The notes below the pieces were generated by a model that ran no database searches, was not told the DNA's origin, and saw only the letters and a list, made by a program, of their open reading frames with translations. From Octopus bimaculoides (Eukaryota), in assembly GCF_001194135.2 (NCBI RefSeq), contig NC_068988.1, positions 45,842,532 to 45,906,531 of the forward strand: 64,000 bases of DNA. Direction: 5' to 3'. The translations under genes and the position numbers were made by a program. Shown piece by piece: positions 36,736 through 50,454 of the stretch. The first letter of the stretch is position 1; each line of letters opens with the position of its first letter.

Positions 36736-37565
36736 AATAATTTTTGCTTAATCAACTTCAATTGTTTTAATTGCAAAGTTAATGCTGTTTTTTTTTGTTA
36801 TATTTTATATATTGCTTCCTTATTTAGTTTGTTTTTATTTTGTCATTGAGTTCTTTTTTATTTATTTATTTATTTATTTATTTATTTTGCTTTCTTTTGT
36901 TAATTCAGTAAAAGAAAGATGAGAAAAAAAAAATATTTATAAACTTTTAGATTTCGAAACTAAAATTACCGGATTACAATTGGGGTAGGGTTTGAGTTGG
37001 GTTTGGAGGTTAGGCAAGAGTTCAAGGAGGACTTGGTAGTGGAAAGACTGATTTTAGTTTATTTGTTTTATTTCATGCTGAATAAATAAATAAAAAATAA
37101 AGACGCATTAAAATAGTGATCTTGATGATAATCATGATAATGATGATGATGATAATTTGAATGATTATTTGTTTTTCAGTTATATTATTACCCTTTCTTT
37201 CTCTCAGCCTTCTCTTTCTTTTCTTAATTTTTCACCCTCACACCGTCACCTTCTTTGGCAAACCCAGTCACTGCTAAATCTATGCATTATTTATCACCCC
37301 TTATTAACCTTTTAATTAACTGCTAACAAATGTCCACAGTAAATCTTTTATGCACCAGAAGAGAGAAGAGGTGGGAAAATAAACAGCAACAAATAATTGG
37401 AGTAACAACAACAACAACAACGACAAAAACAACAGCAATAACAATAATAATTTCTTTATAATATCAATAACAATGACAATAGTAAAAAAAAAGTAATAAT
37501 TGAAATAATACTAACACTAATAATATCAATAATGTTAATGGGAACAATGATAATAGTAACAACAC

Positions 37566-37618
<53 letters not shown>

Positions 37619-38631
37619 GAAATTAGGCTGGAAATAATTAAATGAAAAGAAAAGGAAAATAAATAGGAAGAATAATTTGTAAAAAATATAATGAAAATTT
37701 TAAAAAAATACAGGAAAATGACATCCACTCTCACCATTTCCTTTCTTCCTTCCTAAAGTATCTTTCTTTTTTTTTTCTGCCTTCTTTTACTTCTGTTTCA
37801 CCCCTTACAGTTTCTGCCATAGCATCATTGCTCTGTAATTTTTTTTTTAATTCCAATTTATCAAATAAAATTTGAAATTGTCTGATTCAGAAAAATCAAA
37901 GTTAGAAATAAAACGAAATAAAATTTCATAGAAACAAACAAATCATTTTTGTTGTTTTTCTTTTCTTGTTGACTTTGTTTCTTTTCTTTTTCTTTTTCTT
38001 CTTTTTTTTTTTGTTATCCATGCTGGCATATATTGACTAGGTATATAAACACAGCATCACTGTTTGTGTAAGGTTTCTATGTTCTTGATACTAAACAACA
38101 GCTATAATAATAATAATAATGATAAAATTGTCAATTTCTTACATGATTTCTGCAGGTATTTGTTATGGAAATAAAGTTAGTTGAGCTAACTGGAAAAACC
38201 AAACAGAATCAAAAAGCTGGTTCATTGCTAATAGAGTACTAATGAGAAATGTGGCCTTTAGTAACAACAATGTTTTGCTTTAAATATATGAATAACAATG
38301 TCAAGGACACACATCCACCCTACAAACACATAAATTAAAACAGCATCAACACAAACCGATAAGAGAATAGACAAACGTACTTGATGATCCTGCTTTACCT
38401 AGCAGCAAAATCTACCTTCAAAAATTACCCTTTTGCCTTCAAAATGGGACATTGCTCAAAAGCGGAGAGGCACAGCTGTATGGTTCATAGTTTCTGCTTG
38501 GAGCAGCATGCTGCATGCTTCTGCTTTTAATCCCATCAAGAAGCACCTTGGGCAAGCGTCTTCCACTGTAGCCTCATGACTGGAATTCGGTAGACAAAAA
38601 CTGCATAAGCCTCACATGCACACAGACACAG

Positions 38632-38661
<30 letters not shown>

Positions 38662-38665
<4 letters not shown>

Positions 38666-38872
38666 TATGAAGTTCCTGGTTTTGGGTAGAAGAAAATATA
38701 GGAGGATCAGCTAATTATGATTTTATTCAACATATTCTCCTATGAGATCCAAATAAATATTGCAGCAGTCCTTCAGGTTTTGAAACCCTCTAAAAGAACT
38801 CTGAAGGTTGGACCTCCAATCAGGCCTTTTGCAATACCCTTAAAGCCTGGAACTTTTCAGCACCCCCTCATA
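38662..38872. mobile_element. ~210-bp mariner-type MITE, copy 1
   Basis: Left aagttcctggtttt and right aaagcctggaacttttcagcaccccctcaTA; homologous to 45411-45612. Confidence 0.75.
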
Positions 38873-39099
38873 TATACGTATATGTGTGTGTATGTGTATG
38901 TGGTCTATGCATGCATCATTTGAGGATGTATATTGGCGAAAAGGGCAAACATTGGTAAGAAAACTGATGAAATTTTGTATTTGAATGAAATCCCTTGTAA
39001 TAAATTCCCAGGAAATCTAGATTGAACAACCATAAACAAAATCAAACCATGAACTGATCAATACTCACAATTCTTCATGGACAAAGAGATTGATTAACC

Positions 39100-40560
39100 T
39101 ATGCAACTGCAAAATTAAGGGAAGCTACTTCTACAAATTATTGAAATATTCACAAAAGCTTAAAAATACAGAGAGCTATAAATGGATAAAGTAATAATTA
39201 CACAGAAACACTGAGATTAGCTAATATCTAAATTAGACCAATTGTGGCAGTACTGCAATCTCTGAAACAATACTGGTGTCCCTTTATAGACTTACTTCTT
39301 AAATATCAAAGACCTAAAATCCCAAGTTTGCATACAAGTAGACATGGATTTCCTGAAATACATTTCATTAACAATCCCAAAGAGCAACATCTTCAGCTTT
39401 GATGTAAGTAAGCTGCATACCAGTACACCACAAACATAATGCGTAACAGCAGTTTGATACTGTGTAGAGAGGCATCATAAATATAGGCCCCCAAACAGAG
39501 TTCATAATCAAAGCTTTACAAGTACTAATGGAAAGAAATACTTTTAACTTTGGTGAAAAGACTTGCAGATAGATTAAAAGAACAACTGTGTGTACAAATG
39601 TAGTACCCTCTTATGGGAACCTAGTAATGGCATTCCTAGAATTGAAGCTATCTTAGAAAATTCAAATGACTTTCAACCAAGATTGTTAATAATATGCCAT
39701 TGACAATAGGTAACTCAATAGCTATTTCATGATGATGATGATCATTATCATCATCATTTCTTTTAAATAGATCAGAAGAGGAATTATATGTTTCATAACA
39801 TCTAGTCTCCCTCTAACAATTAAATTCTCAATGGAAACTAGCGGTAAAGAACTACCATTCTTCAACAAACTCATAAAATTATGTGGTGCTGGGATCACAA
39901 AAAATGTGCTAAGTTTACACAATTTAAAATATTTTTTCGTGTCATCCATCATACATTAAATGAAATATCTCTACTGCATGGCAAGATACATATGCACAAT
40001 AGTGTTTAACTCAGAACTAAATTAAATGAGATTGGAAGAGCTGAGACATTTTCTAAAACTGCAAAACTATTCCTTGAAATTAATAGACAATAGGATAAAA
40101 ACATCAAAGGCGCTAAATATATTTCAATTCAGAACACCAAATCAGCACCCCCACCAAAAAAATAGAATGAAAAAGAGATAGACAAATAGAGAGAGAGTAA
40201 GAGAGAGAGAGTATTTCTTCTGCTTAGACTAAAAAACAACAGTTTCCTCTTCTTCTTCTATCATACAAACTTATGCACGATCTGCTCAGCTAATAACTTA
40301 GTTTGATTCAAAGATGATCAGACACATCATCTTTATGATGTGGATGCTCAATTCATAGTCTGTCATTCTAAATAATAAAGGCTATATTAGACTATTCATT
40401 CAATGGAAAACAAAAACACTGAATGGTTTAAGACTTTTGATAATAGTTATCTTGACCAAAGTTAACAGCGGGTGAACACAATCTTGATTCAAAGAAAAAA
40501 GCTTCTTGTGACAGGTGCAGCTGAAGCTGAAATTTCGAAAACTATTGCATTGCCTGAGAG
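39100..40560 (+). mobile_element. Decayed Penelope-like retroelement (reverse transcriptase region)
   Basis: Motifs in the expected order: RPIVA (~39236), SFDVSKLHTSTPQ (~39395), TNVVPSYGNLVMAFLE (~39594) and IKFSMETSGKELPFFN (~39821); many stops and frameshifts. Confidence 0.75.
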
Positions 40561-40717
40561 TGATTGCAACAACTTAAATGCTTTATAAAACGCACACTTA
40601 CCACAGTCTATCATTTTTTCATATCTCTGCTATAAAGGATAGTGGGCTGTGGTATTCTTTATTGTTTTATATATTTCAGCCCTAAGGTTGTGGTCATGCT
40701 GGGTACTGTGTATATAT

Positions 40718-41110
40718 TGTAGCATCACACAGACACACCATAGTGAGATCTCGCTGGCAGCCATTAGCTGCTCAAGACTGGAGCAAGATCTCACAAACTT
40801 CTGGTGGGCATACGCAACAAGACAGTAAGCGTTTCCATAAGGACACTTATATAAGACAGCTCTTGAGCTTGTTCACTTTCTTTTCCTGCATGCCTCTCAT
40901 GGTAGAATCAGCTTGTCTCACTAGCAGCAACTCACTGCCTCACACATACAACACAGCGGACAATACACTATGCTAGAGATGGTTAACGAGAGCCAAACTT
41001 CCAGCCTGTAAATAAATGTTATTCGGATTTATTACCTCACTTTGTCTTCGACTTGATACTTCGTTTGACTGGATTTGAATTTATAATGAGAGACACAAAA
41101 TACCCTACCA
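40718..41110 (+). mobile_element. Probable solo LTR (~393 bp)
   Basis: Begins TGTAG and ends CTACCA; TATATAAG at ~40848 and AATAAA at 41011; flanks atat/gtat (imperfect 4-bp TSD). Confidence 0.45.
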
Positions 41111-42999
41111 GTATCTTGGCCAACAATGGCCTCCCATTATAATATAAACATTTTTCTTTTCCTCTCACTCAAACATAAACATCTGTCCCAAAATACCAAA
41201 TTCCTCTCTTTTAGTGTATACAACGATTATCCAAACTCATGCACTCCACTACATAAATTTGTGTAAGTTTACTGCACCAGACTACTGCCAGCTTTCTTGA
41301 ACTCTGGTTTACATATGAGCTCACTCTATCTGCTGTACGGGGAAAAACATTGCTGTACTGAAAAATGTTGCTGTTTCTTATCACATCTGTATGCATACAT
41401 TCTATATCTCATGAAAAGGCTGTAAGTCTTCTATATGATCATATAGCTTACTAAAAGTAGCTGGTGATACTCACTCAAGTGTCTCTCTACTGTTTTAAAT
41501 AAGTAAAGGACTTCTCAGAAGAGAAACTGGCCAAGGCTAAAACGATTTTGGTCATAGATCTGCGGCTAAAACAAGGGTTAAACAATAACAACAACAGTAG
41601 CAACAGCAGCAGCAGTAACAACAGCAACAGCAGCAACAACTACAATAAAAATAGTAATATCAATGACAGTAGCTGTAGCAATGAAGTGATAACAACTACT
41701 ACAATAATAATGGTGTAAACAAGAACAACAACACCAGCAGCAACAAGAAAAAAACACAACATTAACAGTTTAGATGCTGGATGATAGAAGAAATCTGAAT
41801 TTAGTCATCAGAATGTTGAGTGTCAATTTTCTAGAAATGGCAAAAAAAAAAAAATATTTGTCACTTGGTTACCATTAGCAACCAGCACCAGCACCACCAC
41901 CGCCGTCACTACCATGGGGCTCTAAACAACTTCTCAAATTCTGCTAAGTTTCTTTTTAAGACCCACTCACCTGATGAAGATTTAGTTCACAAATACATGT
42001 ATAGCAGATAAATAAAAAAAAAATGAAAAATCACCACCACCATCACCACTACGGCCGCCGCCGCCATCACTACCACCGCTGGCACCACTATCATCATCAT
42101 CATCATCATCTTCACAAGCATCGGGTAATGAAGTCAACATTACTACAACACTGTGAACTAAAGCAATAACAGAGCCGTTCTGGTTTCTTGTCTGATATAT
42201 GTTATTTTATCAAATTTCTACGTTTCTGAGAACTGTCAGTAATAAAGAGACAGGAAATTCATGGGGAAAATATAAATGCTACTTTTAACATTGTTAGAAA
42301 TATAAATCATTTAATAGCCATGTACTGGGAGTAAAATGTACTTATATACATGCATCTACATGTATGTATGTGTCTATGTTTATGTGTATGCGTATGTGCA
42401 TATAGTAGACATTTACATCCATGCATGTGTTTATATAGGTATACATGTTTGAATAATGTATGCGTGTGAGTGTAGGTGTTTGTGTATGAGTAAAACAAAT
42501 AAATACCTCAAAAGAATGATGTTTTTGACATCAATGATGATGATGATGTGGATATATATGCATAAATACATATTTATGAAGACTATTTTCCATATCAACA
42601 TAAGTGTGTATGTATGTAGGCACATATGTATGTATGTATGTATGTATACACATGTATGTATACACATGTGTGTGTCTTTACCTGTCGTAATGAAAAATAG
42701 TCTCTTACTAAAAGATTACACGGTCTGTTTAATGTGAAAGTTTTAATGATGTATATTTGGCTTATTTCTCATTTGTCATGATCCATTATTTTGCTGTATA
42801 TAAGTGTGTATGCGTACAAACACACACATAGACATAAACAGAAACGCATTTACATACAACCATATACATAAAAGCAAACACATACAAACACATTCTCATT
42901 CATACATATGCTGCAACCATGGAAGATGCAAACCTGGTGATACTATCATGCATGTACTTAATTCTGCGTAAATCATCATTTATCATAATTTCAATAATT

Positions 43000-44382
43000 T
43001 TCAACACAGCCTCATCTAAATTGAAAAAAGAAAACAGTGAAAATATTTTTTTTCACTGTTTTTGTATGAAACCAATACCTCTTTGTTGTAGGGCAAGAAA
43101 GTCAGTGATGGAATTTCCCTATCATTACACTTACAGCTTGTTTGTGGACAGACATACTGCAAAATGGCTAAGTAGATGATTGATGCATTGGACTACCAGC
43201 TAACAGATATCGAGTTGGTATTTTCTGAAAGTGTTTCCTCATCCATTTGAGCTGGACACTTCATTCAAAATGTTTTACTTGTGTGAGATATCAGGAATAT
43301 TTAACAGATATTTATGGAATATTACATGTGATAGACCAGTGCCATATCTAAGGACAGGTTTATTTCCCATTCATCTGACATCACAAAAACAGAAGATAAA
43401 TAATGCTCTTATTGAGGTTCTTGTGGCTTTTTGTTTTATGATTATGCAGCACAAGGAAGAAGGGTTCCACCTTTGACTTTCACAAACCTCTTCAGATAGA
43501 TCAGATTGATGTAATTTAATTTCAAAACATTCATCTCTGTTATTTGATGCCAGTAACGATCACACAAGTTGGTGAGTGTGCATTGTTTGGCTACTGATCT
43601 GCAAAAAAATATTAGATGAAGTGTTCATTATGAAGTTATGTGGGTGAAATACAATAAAGATAATGAAGTTAGAGAAGAAGTTGGTCTCCCTCAGGTTTTG
43701 CTGTAATGTTACACAGTTTACTATCATTATAACAGTGATAGAAAGAAGAGTGGACACAGGACATTAGTGGGTTAGTATGCTGGTAAATGAAGATGCGATA
43801 ACCAGTGAGATACTAATAAATTGATTCAAGGGATAAGAGAAGGATAGAATTTTTTGTTAGAGGATTTACATGCCAATTACAGTTTATATAGTTGTTGGTG
43901 TGATGGAATTTCTAATGTCAAGGCAACAATTCTTTCAGTCAAAAGTTCACCAGAGTGAGAGTCCACTAATGTTTAACTTATAAAAGCGGATCCTTAGTAA
44001 ACCTGTTTCAAGGAAGAAAGAGATCCAAGATACTGAACTGTTTTGTTTAAAGTCATTTCACTGCCCCTGAGATGATGAAAGTGATTTAAATATGCAGATA
44101 GTTGGCAGAGTTGCAGATGTTATACTTTGTGAGGATGGATTTTAGTTTCATAATTAGGAGTAGAAATCTGTTGAAAGAAATATCAAAGTGTAGTGGCAGT
44201 GATGGCAGTAGTGTTTCTGCTGCTGCTGCTGCTGCTGCTGCAACAATTACATGGTAAAAGAAAAAAAAAACAGGAACTTGCAAATGAGACATGATTCTCT
44301 GAGCAGTAACTCCAAATAAGAACTGACTTGAACTGTGACAACCTGTCCAATGCAGGCCAGCAGGGGAAGCAGATGCAAAACA

Positions 44383-44413
<31 letters not shown>

Positions 44414-45100
44414 CAACATCAATGACAATAATTTTGGTGATGCTAATGATGACTATGATAATGATAGATGCCTCAGTTCTGGATGAAAGTTGAATAGGAG
44501 CCTGTGGTTGTAGGGGGATGTAGAGTAGTGGAGATAGACAGAAAAAATCATTTATACTAATGTCCAAGAGAGAAAACTGGGTGGTTAAAAGAGTGGCTTT
44601 TATGCAAGCACAGATACCACATAGATGAAAGAAACTGAAATATAATGCAACCCAGAAAGAATATTTGGGTTAGAAGGATAAAGGAGAGATTTGTTTCACA
44701 GAGACAATTAAAAACAGATTAGTGAGGGAAAATTTGGATTGAAATCTACAGATAGAGGTATAGAGAAGTAAATTTTCTCTAAATCCTTTATCACGGATGT
44801 TGAGATAATTATAAGTTAAGACAAATGTTTGGTTGAGGAAGGTTAAGATGGAACTAAGTCTCATGGATTGAAACTATAGCTACTGTATTTAACCAGAAAA
44901 TAGTTTAGCTGTACTTCAGCCAACTTTAAGTCAACACCCTTCTGTGGATGTCTTGAAATCCTGAGCTCTCTATTGAGTAACATCCATTGCAATGATGAGG
45001 AGAGGAGGACAAAGGATAAAGGTATATCTGATATCTAAACCTCTGAAGTACTGCCTTTGATTTTTCTTGTAGCTTGTACTATTTGTAGGTGGATCTTTGC
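43000..45100 (-). mobile_element. Heavily decayed LINE, possibly L1/Tx1-type
   Basis: Minus-strand RG....LCPPLLIIAMDV (~45040-44985, RGxRQGxPLSPLLFxxAMDxL-like), YLGSL (~44035) and CPAQMDEETL (~43255). Confidence 0.35.
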
Positions 45101-45410
45101 TAGGAGAAGAAATCTCCCCATCACTATTATCTGATTTTATATAACACTATACACAGGAAGATGCATACAAGAATTTGTTTATTTCTTTGACCTACATATT
45201 TGTTCTGAGTTCCTATAATTAAACAAGCTCTCCTTAAAACATGCAAAGATTTTAAACTGCATGACTTGTTAAACTTTATAACTGAAAAACAAGATCTGAA
45301 TTAAATTTTACCCAAAAAAACCAAAAATAGAGATGACAGTTACATTGTGATACCTACTATACAAGTTGTTTTAGAGGATTCACATAATGCTCTACTCTGG
45401 ATAGAAAGCA

Positions 45411-45612
45411 TACAAGGGAGTGCAGAAAAGTTCCTGGCTTTGAGTAAAATAATATACAGGAGGATCAGTTAGTTACGATTTTATTCAACATAGTCCCCTC
45501 TCAGATACATACTTACTGCTGTGGTCCTTCAGTTTTTTTAAGCCCTGTAAAAGAACTCAGAAAGTTGGCTCTCCAACAGGGATTTTCATGATACCCTTAA
45601 AGCTAGGAACTT
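45411..45612. mobile_element. ~200-bp mariner-type MITE, copy 2
   Basis: Left TAcaagggagtgcagaaaagttcctggcttt and right aaagctaggaactt; interior homologous to 38662-38872. Confidence 0.75.
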
Positions 45613-46249
45613 GTCCATATTTTTCTTCTAAAATAAGGACAAGTCCAACATAAAATGATATAAACTTTGGCTGATTCTAGAAATTTATAGTCATAGATGT
45701 TAGAATATTTGTATTAGAATATTTGTGTTAGAATATTTGCTGATATGATAACAGGAAAGGAACTCAAACAGCAGGAAAGTTTGGAAATAACAGATATTGA
45801 GTGAATGGTAGCCTAAACAAACTCTTAATGTGAATGGATGCAAACATAGATTGAAAAGTATAAAAATGAATTTAGATGACTACTTTTTAAGATGGATCAC
45901 TTAGTGTGAAAACATAATAGAAAAACTGAATTTTAACATTGTATTTTATGGAAATGTCTGAAATACTTATCACACAGTTTAGAATAAAAGTATAAGGAAT
46001 TTGCTTTACCATTCTAAGAGTTAGTGAATGTCAAATTGTTCGTATCTATAAATATAACAGGATCATTTTCAGCCATATTGTCACTTTTACTAATTCCTCA
46101 TGAAAAGGATAAATAAAGATGAGTTAAGTGGAAGATAAAAAGAAACTGGATTAAAATGAAAACTAGTTAAACCTCAACAAAATCTAATAATAAAGCCACA
46201 CAAACTTAAGATTATACAAAGCAAGAGAAAATGCCAAGAGTGAAAAGTT

Positions 46250-46500
46250 ACAACTTAAGTTCTGTAATAAAGATCAACTTCTGCTCCAGGTATCTTTAAC
46301 TCTCTCTTAGCAACAACTGATACTTTTCATGTTTTCTAAAATTTTTTAAAATTTCACTTGTAGTTTTGGTGAATCATTTCTAATTTGATATTTCTTCGGG
46401 AGTTTCATTGTTTTTTCTGTTTTTCTACTTAACTCTTTTGCTATTTTGTTCCTGGTGGAATACACTGCCTTTGTTGCAATTAATATTGAAAATGACGAAG
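46250..46500 (-). mobile_element. Possible R4/Dong-type ORF fragment
   Basis: Lysine-rich open segment ATKAVYSTRNKIAKELSRKTEKTMKLPKKYQIRNDSPKTTSEILKNF; only a weak resemblance to the pre-RT region of RLE LINEs. Confidence 0.25.
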
Positions 46501-47019
46501 AATTTAGTTACATAACTTTGTCATTATTAAGGTAGTGCTCGAAACATAAATGAACATGAAATGTTGATGGGAAGTTTTAATTTAGATCACGTGGAAACAA
46601 GTTTGCATCATAGAATAAGATGAGATCACAAGCAGGTTGGTATCAAAAGAGTATTCAACTGTTATGAATAGCTTGTTATTTATGGCATAGTATTCTTGAT
46701 TTTATAGAATTATTTCTTGCTGGTTGAGATGTTTATAGTAATGGTGATAGTAATGGTAGTGAAGTTTTATAGAAGTGGTGGTATTAGTGGTCGTAACTGA
46801 GAGGATTATGGTGGTATTGTAGTTATATGGATGTGAAGATGGTGTTAATGAAAACATTACATTTAGTCAGTGAGTGTGGTGTTAATAACAATGGTTATAT
46901 TGATAGGATGGCATAAGTATTGGTAGCCATAGGCAGACTGATAGATGTAGTGATGGTAACAACAGTGATAACAGTGTGTTGTTCAACAATGTTGTTGATA
47001 GAAGTGTATGGGTTGTTGT

Positions 47020-47368
47020 GGAAAGTTTTAGTGACTATTGTGGGTAATTTTAGTAGTTGTTAAAGGTAATTTTAATGACTATTCTAAGGAATTTTTGTGG
47101 CTGTTGTGTTTAGTTTAATGACTGTTGTAGGTAATTTTAGTGACTGTTGTGGGTAATTTTAGTGGTTGTCGTGGATAATTTTAGTGACTGTTGCAGGGAT
47201 TTTTTGTGGCTGTTATGGATAGTTTAATGACTGTTGTGGGTAATTTTAGTGGTTTTTGTGGTTGTCGTGGATAGTTGAATGACTGTTGTGGGTACTTTTA
47301 GTGACTGTTGTAGGTAATTTTAGTGGTTTTTGTGGTTGTCATGGATAGTTTAATGACTGTTGTGGGTA
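47020..47368. repeat. Minisatellite with ~21-24-bp units (GTGACTGTTGTGGGTAATTTTA / ...ATAGTTTAATGACT)
   Basis: More than a dozen degenerate tandem units with two alternating variants. Confidence 0.85.
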
Positions 47369-47874
47369 GAATAAGAGGCAAGTAAGAGTAACAAGGATTA
47401 TGCCCCTGCTAAGATGAATATCATTATGAGTACTATTTGTAAGAATAGAATTGATATTGCTGATGTCTGTGAAGACCATTTAACAGTGATATTAATGGGG
47501 GTCAGTAACTTTGAACTAGTGTCAAAGTGTGGCAATGGTTGTGTGGTAGCTTGGTGGTTTTTTTCCATTTCCAGTAAATGCTGGAGGCTGTGAGTGTGGT
47601 GGTGATTCATGCATCTTTCCGTTGGCTACTTTTTGGCATTTATTTTATGTTATTTATTTCAAAGTGAAAAAGAGGAGAAGCAAAGAAAACGGAGAAATGG
47701 AGAAAGAAATAAGAAATATTTGCTCCTGGAGTGGAAAAGGTTCAAGAGAGAAAATGGTAAAATGATGGATGGAATAGCAAAGGAATAATCAATAAAACTA
47801 GCCTTCAGACATACAAAAACAAACAGTTACAAAGACATGTACAACAACATGCACACAAACACACACATACACAC

Positions 47875-47985
47875 ACATATGCATACATACACATACATGT
47901 ACACAAACATATGCATACATACACATACATGTACACAAACATATGCATACATACACATACATGTACACAAACATATATACATACA
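47875..47985. repeat. 32-bp tandem repeat (atatgcatacatacacatacatgtacacaaac) about three times
   Basis: Direct inspection. Confidence 0.8.
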
Positions 47986-48584
47986 TGATATGGGTTCACA
48001 TAAAGATTTGTAGCATGCATATAAACATTTTTATATAAGCACAGATATGCATGCAAAACAATATACATGTGCAGATAGATACATGGTCATATATGTGCAT
48101 GTGCATATATATATATATATACGTATGTACATAGAAAAGATGTGGAAACTTGAATTAGCAATGATGCGAAATTTTAGCTGTGAATAAATGAAGGAATAAT
48201 TCTACTTCATGTATTGAGTACCTTCTGTCTTGTTAATTCATCCAGATGTATTTATGTCTGTGTATCTTCAGAATAGTGTAAATACACACACACATACACA
48301 CTCTTTCTCCTTCTGACACACACATACATGCACATACACACACACTCACACACACACGCACATACAAACTCTCTCACACACAGAAACTCAAACACAGACT
48401 GCATCTATGCAATTGATCAGTCCATAAACTCTATCCTCTTGCCCTTTCATATGCACATTGGCAGACACATATGCACACAAAAATGTGTGCACACACTCAT
48501 TCTTAGATAGAAAGATACATACATACACATGTAACATGTGCATGTATAAATAGTTGTACGCATGAAATTATTCAAATATATATA

Positions 48585-48650
<66 letters not shown>

Positions 48651-48849
48651 CAGAAACTGATCTCAGCATGCTACATGAAGCCGTATACATGTAAAACACA
48701 AATGCATCACATGCATACACATCAATTTGGTAGAATAGATCAAGGAACACACCTCACAAAGATGAATGTAGCTGCGTTTATGTATCTGTTTTTCTATCTA
48801 TCAATCTATCTATATGTACCTATGTATATATATTTCTATATATATATAT

Positions 48850-49222
48850 ACTTGTTTCTGTCATTAGACTGTGGCCATACAGGAGCACTGCCTTGAACGA
48901 TTTTAGCCAATTGATTCAATCCCAGTACTTTTCTTTTAAGCCTGCTGCTTATTCTCTCAATAGCTTTAGCTGAACTGCTATGTTGCAGGGATGTAAACAC
49001 ACCAACACTAATTGTTAACATTGCTGGAGGCACAAACTCAAACACAAAGACACACATATGATGGGTTTCTTTCAGTTTCCATCTACCAAATCCACCCAGA
49101 AAGCTTTGGGCTGGTCGAGGCTATAGTACAAGACACTTGCCAAAGATGCCATGCAGTGGGACTGAACCTAGTACCATGCAGTTAGGAAGCAAGCTTCTTA
49201 CCACACAAGCATGCCTGCACCT
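48850..49222 (-). mobile_element. SINE family C
   Basis: Reverse complement of the 27799 family, ending agcttcttaccacacaagcatgcctgcacc. Confidence 0.85.
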
Positions 49223-49564
49223 ATATAATATATATATATAACACACACACACATGCATATACACACATATAAAACAGAATTAATATCCACATATGCACAT
49301 AAAAGCATGCACACACATAAATTCTTAAATACATGTATACATACATATATGTGTGTATGAGTTAATAGATGTACCTATAAAATTACTCATACCCATAGAA
49401 GCAGAAACTGATGTCAGCATGCTACATGTAATTATATAGATGTGAAAAATACATGCAGTCCTTTTTCTCATGCAGTTAAACTTATAAATTCCATATATGC
49501 ATTAGCATGTGAAATTTAAACATGAACATCAGAAGTCGCTTATGTGCTCAATTATTCCTACATG

Positions 49565-50441
49565 TACGGAGTATGGTGAATAACCTGTTGTCTAATTTAC
49601 ACAAAAATGAAAATAACACTGACATTTCATTTTAGCATATATATTTACCAAAATCACATAACAATATCTTGAAATATTAAAGAATAAATTTATTCAATAA
49701 ACTCACCATTTGCTTCAACCACAAACTCCAGATGGCTTCAGAATTTCCTGCAGCTCTTCTGGACAGTCTCCTTGTTTAAGTTGGTGAATGCTGCTGTAAT
49801 CCTTGCCTTCAGTTCATCTTTAGTGTTACAAGGGGTTTTGCTGGTCTTTCACCCAACTGCACCCCACACATAATAATCAAGGAGGTTGCAGTCTGGTGGG
49901 GTTAGGCAGCCAGATGTTAGGATGATATGGCCACAGAAATTGTCTGACAGCCATGACTGGGTTCTCGTGCTTGTGTGGCATGGTGCAGAGTCCTGTTGTC
50001 AGACATAGGGTCTTCCAGCAGCCACCCTCTTGACCCAGGAAAGCACTCCTTCCTCCAAGCACTTGATGTAGCCCTCTGTGTTGAGTCTGAGGCCATGTGA
50101 GAAGATGAATGGAGACATAATGTTGCCATCACTAGTGATCACTCCAAGCACCATGATGTTGAATCGTTGTTTAATCTTTATCACTCTCAGTACATGTCCT
50201 CAGATTGACACCGAAACACTCTGAATTATTCATACTGAAGCTTCCAGCATGAATGCCAAGCAGTACAGCAAGTTGTTACCAAATTTCTGGCAGAGTCACT
50301 TGCATCATGGTGCTGTTTTTCTCACAGACAGTACCCAACTAACCCTACTATAGTGTGTAGTCAACAAAATCAAAAACAAACAATGCCCATGCGTGAAATA
50401 AAAAATTTTAAATGGTGACAATTTACCCATCGCATCCTGTA
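49565..50441 (-). mobile_element. Internally deleted DD37D/maT-type element, copy 2 (both ends present)
   Basis: Terminus gtgacaatttacccatcgcatcctgTA. The minus strand reads QQDSAPCHTSTRTQSWLSDNFCGHII.NIWLPN.PDCNLLDYYVWGAV, about 37 residues between the second and third Asp after correcting frameshifts. Confidence 0.85.
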
Positions 50442-50454
50442 TATACCCAAAACA

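Noticed and set aside
36980-37020. G-rich ggtagggtttgagttgggtttggaggttagg resembling a telomeric repeat
   Set aside because: Too short and degenerate to call an interstitial telomere.
41965-42000. Additional CTGATGA-like motifs at ~41971 (cctgatgaagatt), ~31015 (cctgataaaggg) and ~52955 (ctgatgacc)
   Set aside because: No convincing stem II followed by GAAA; too degenerate to call hammerheads.
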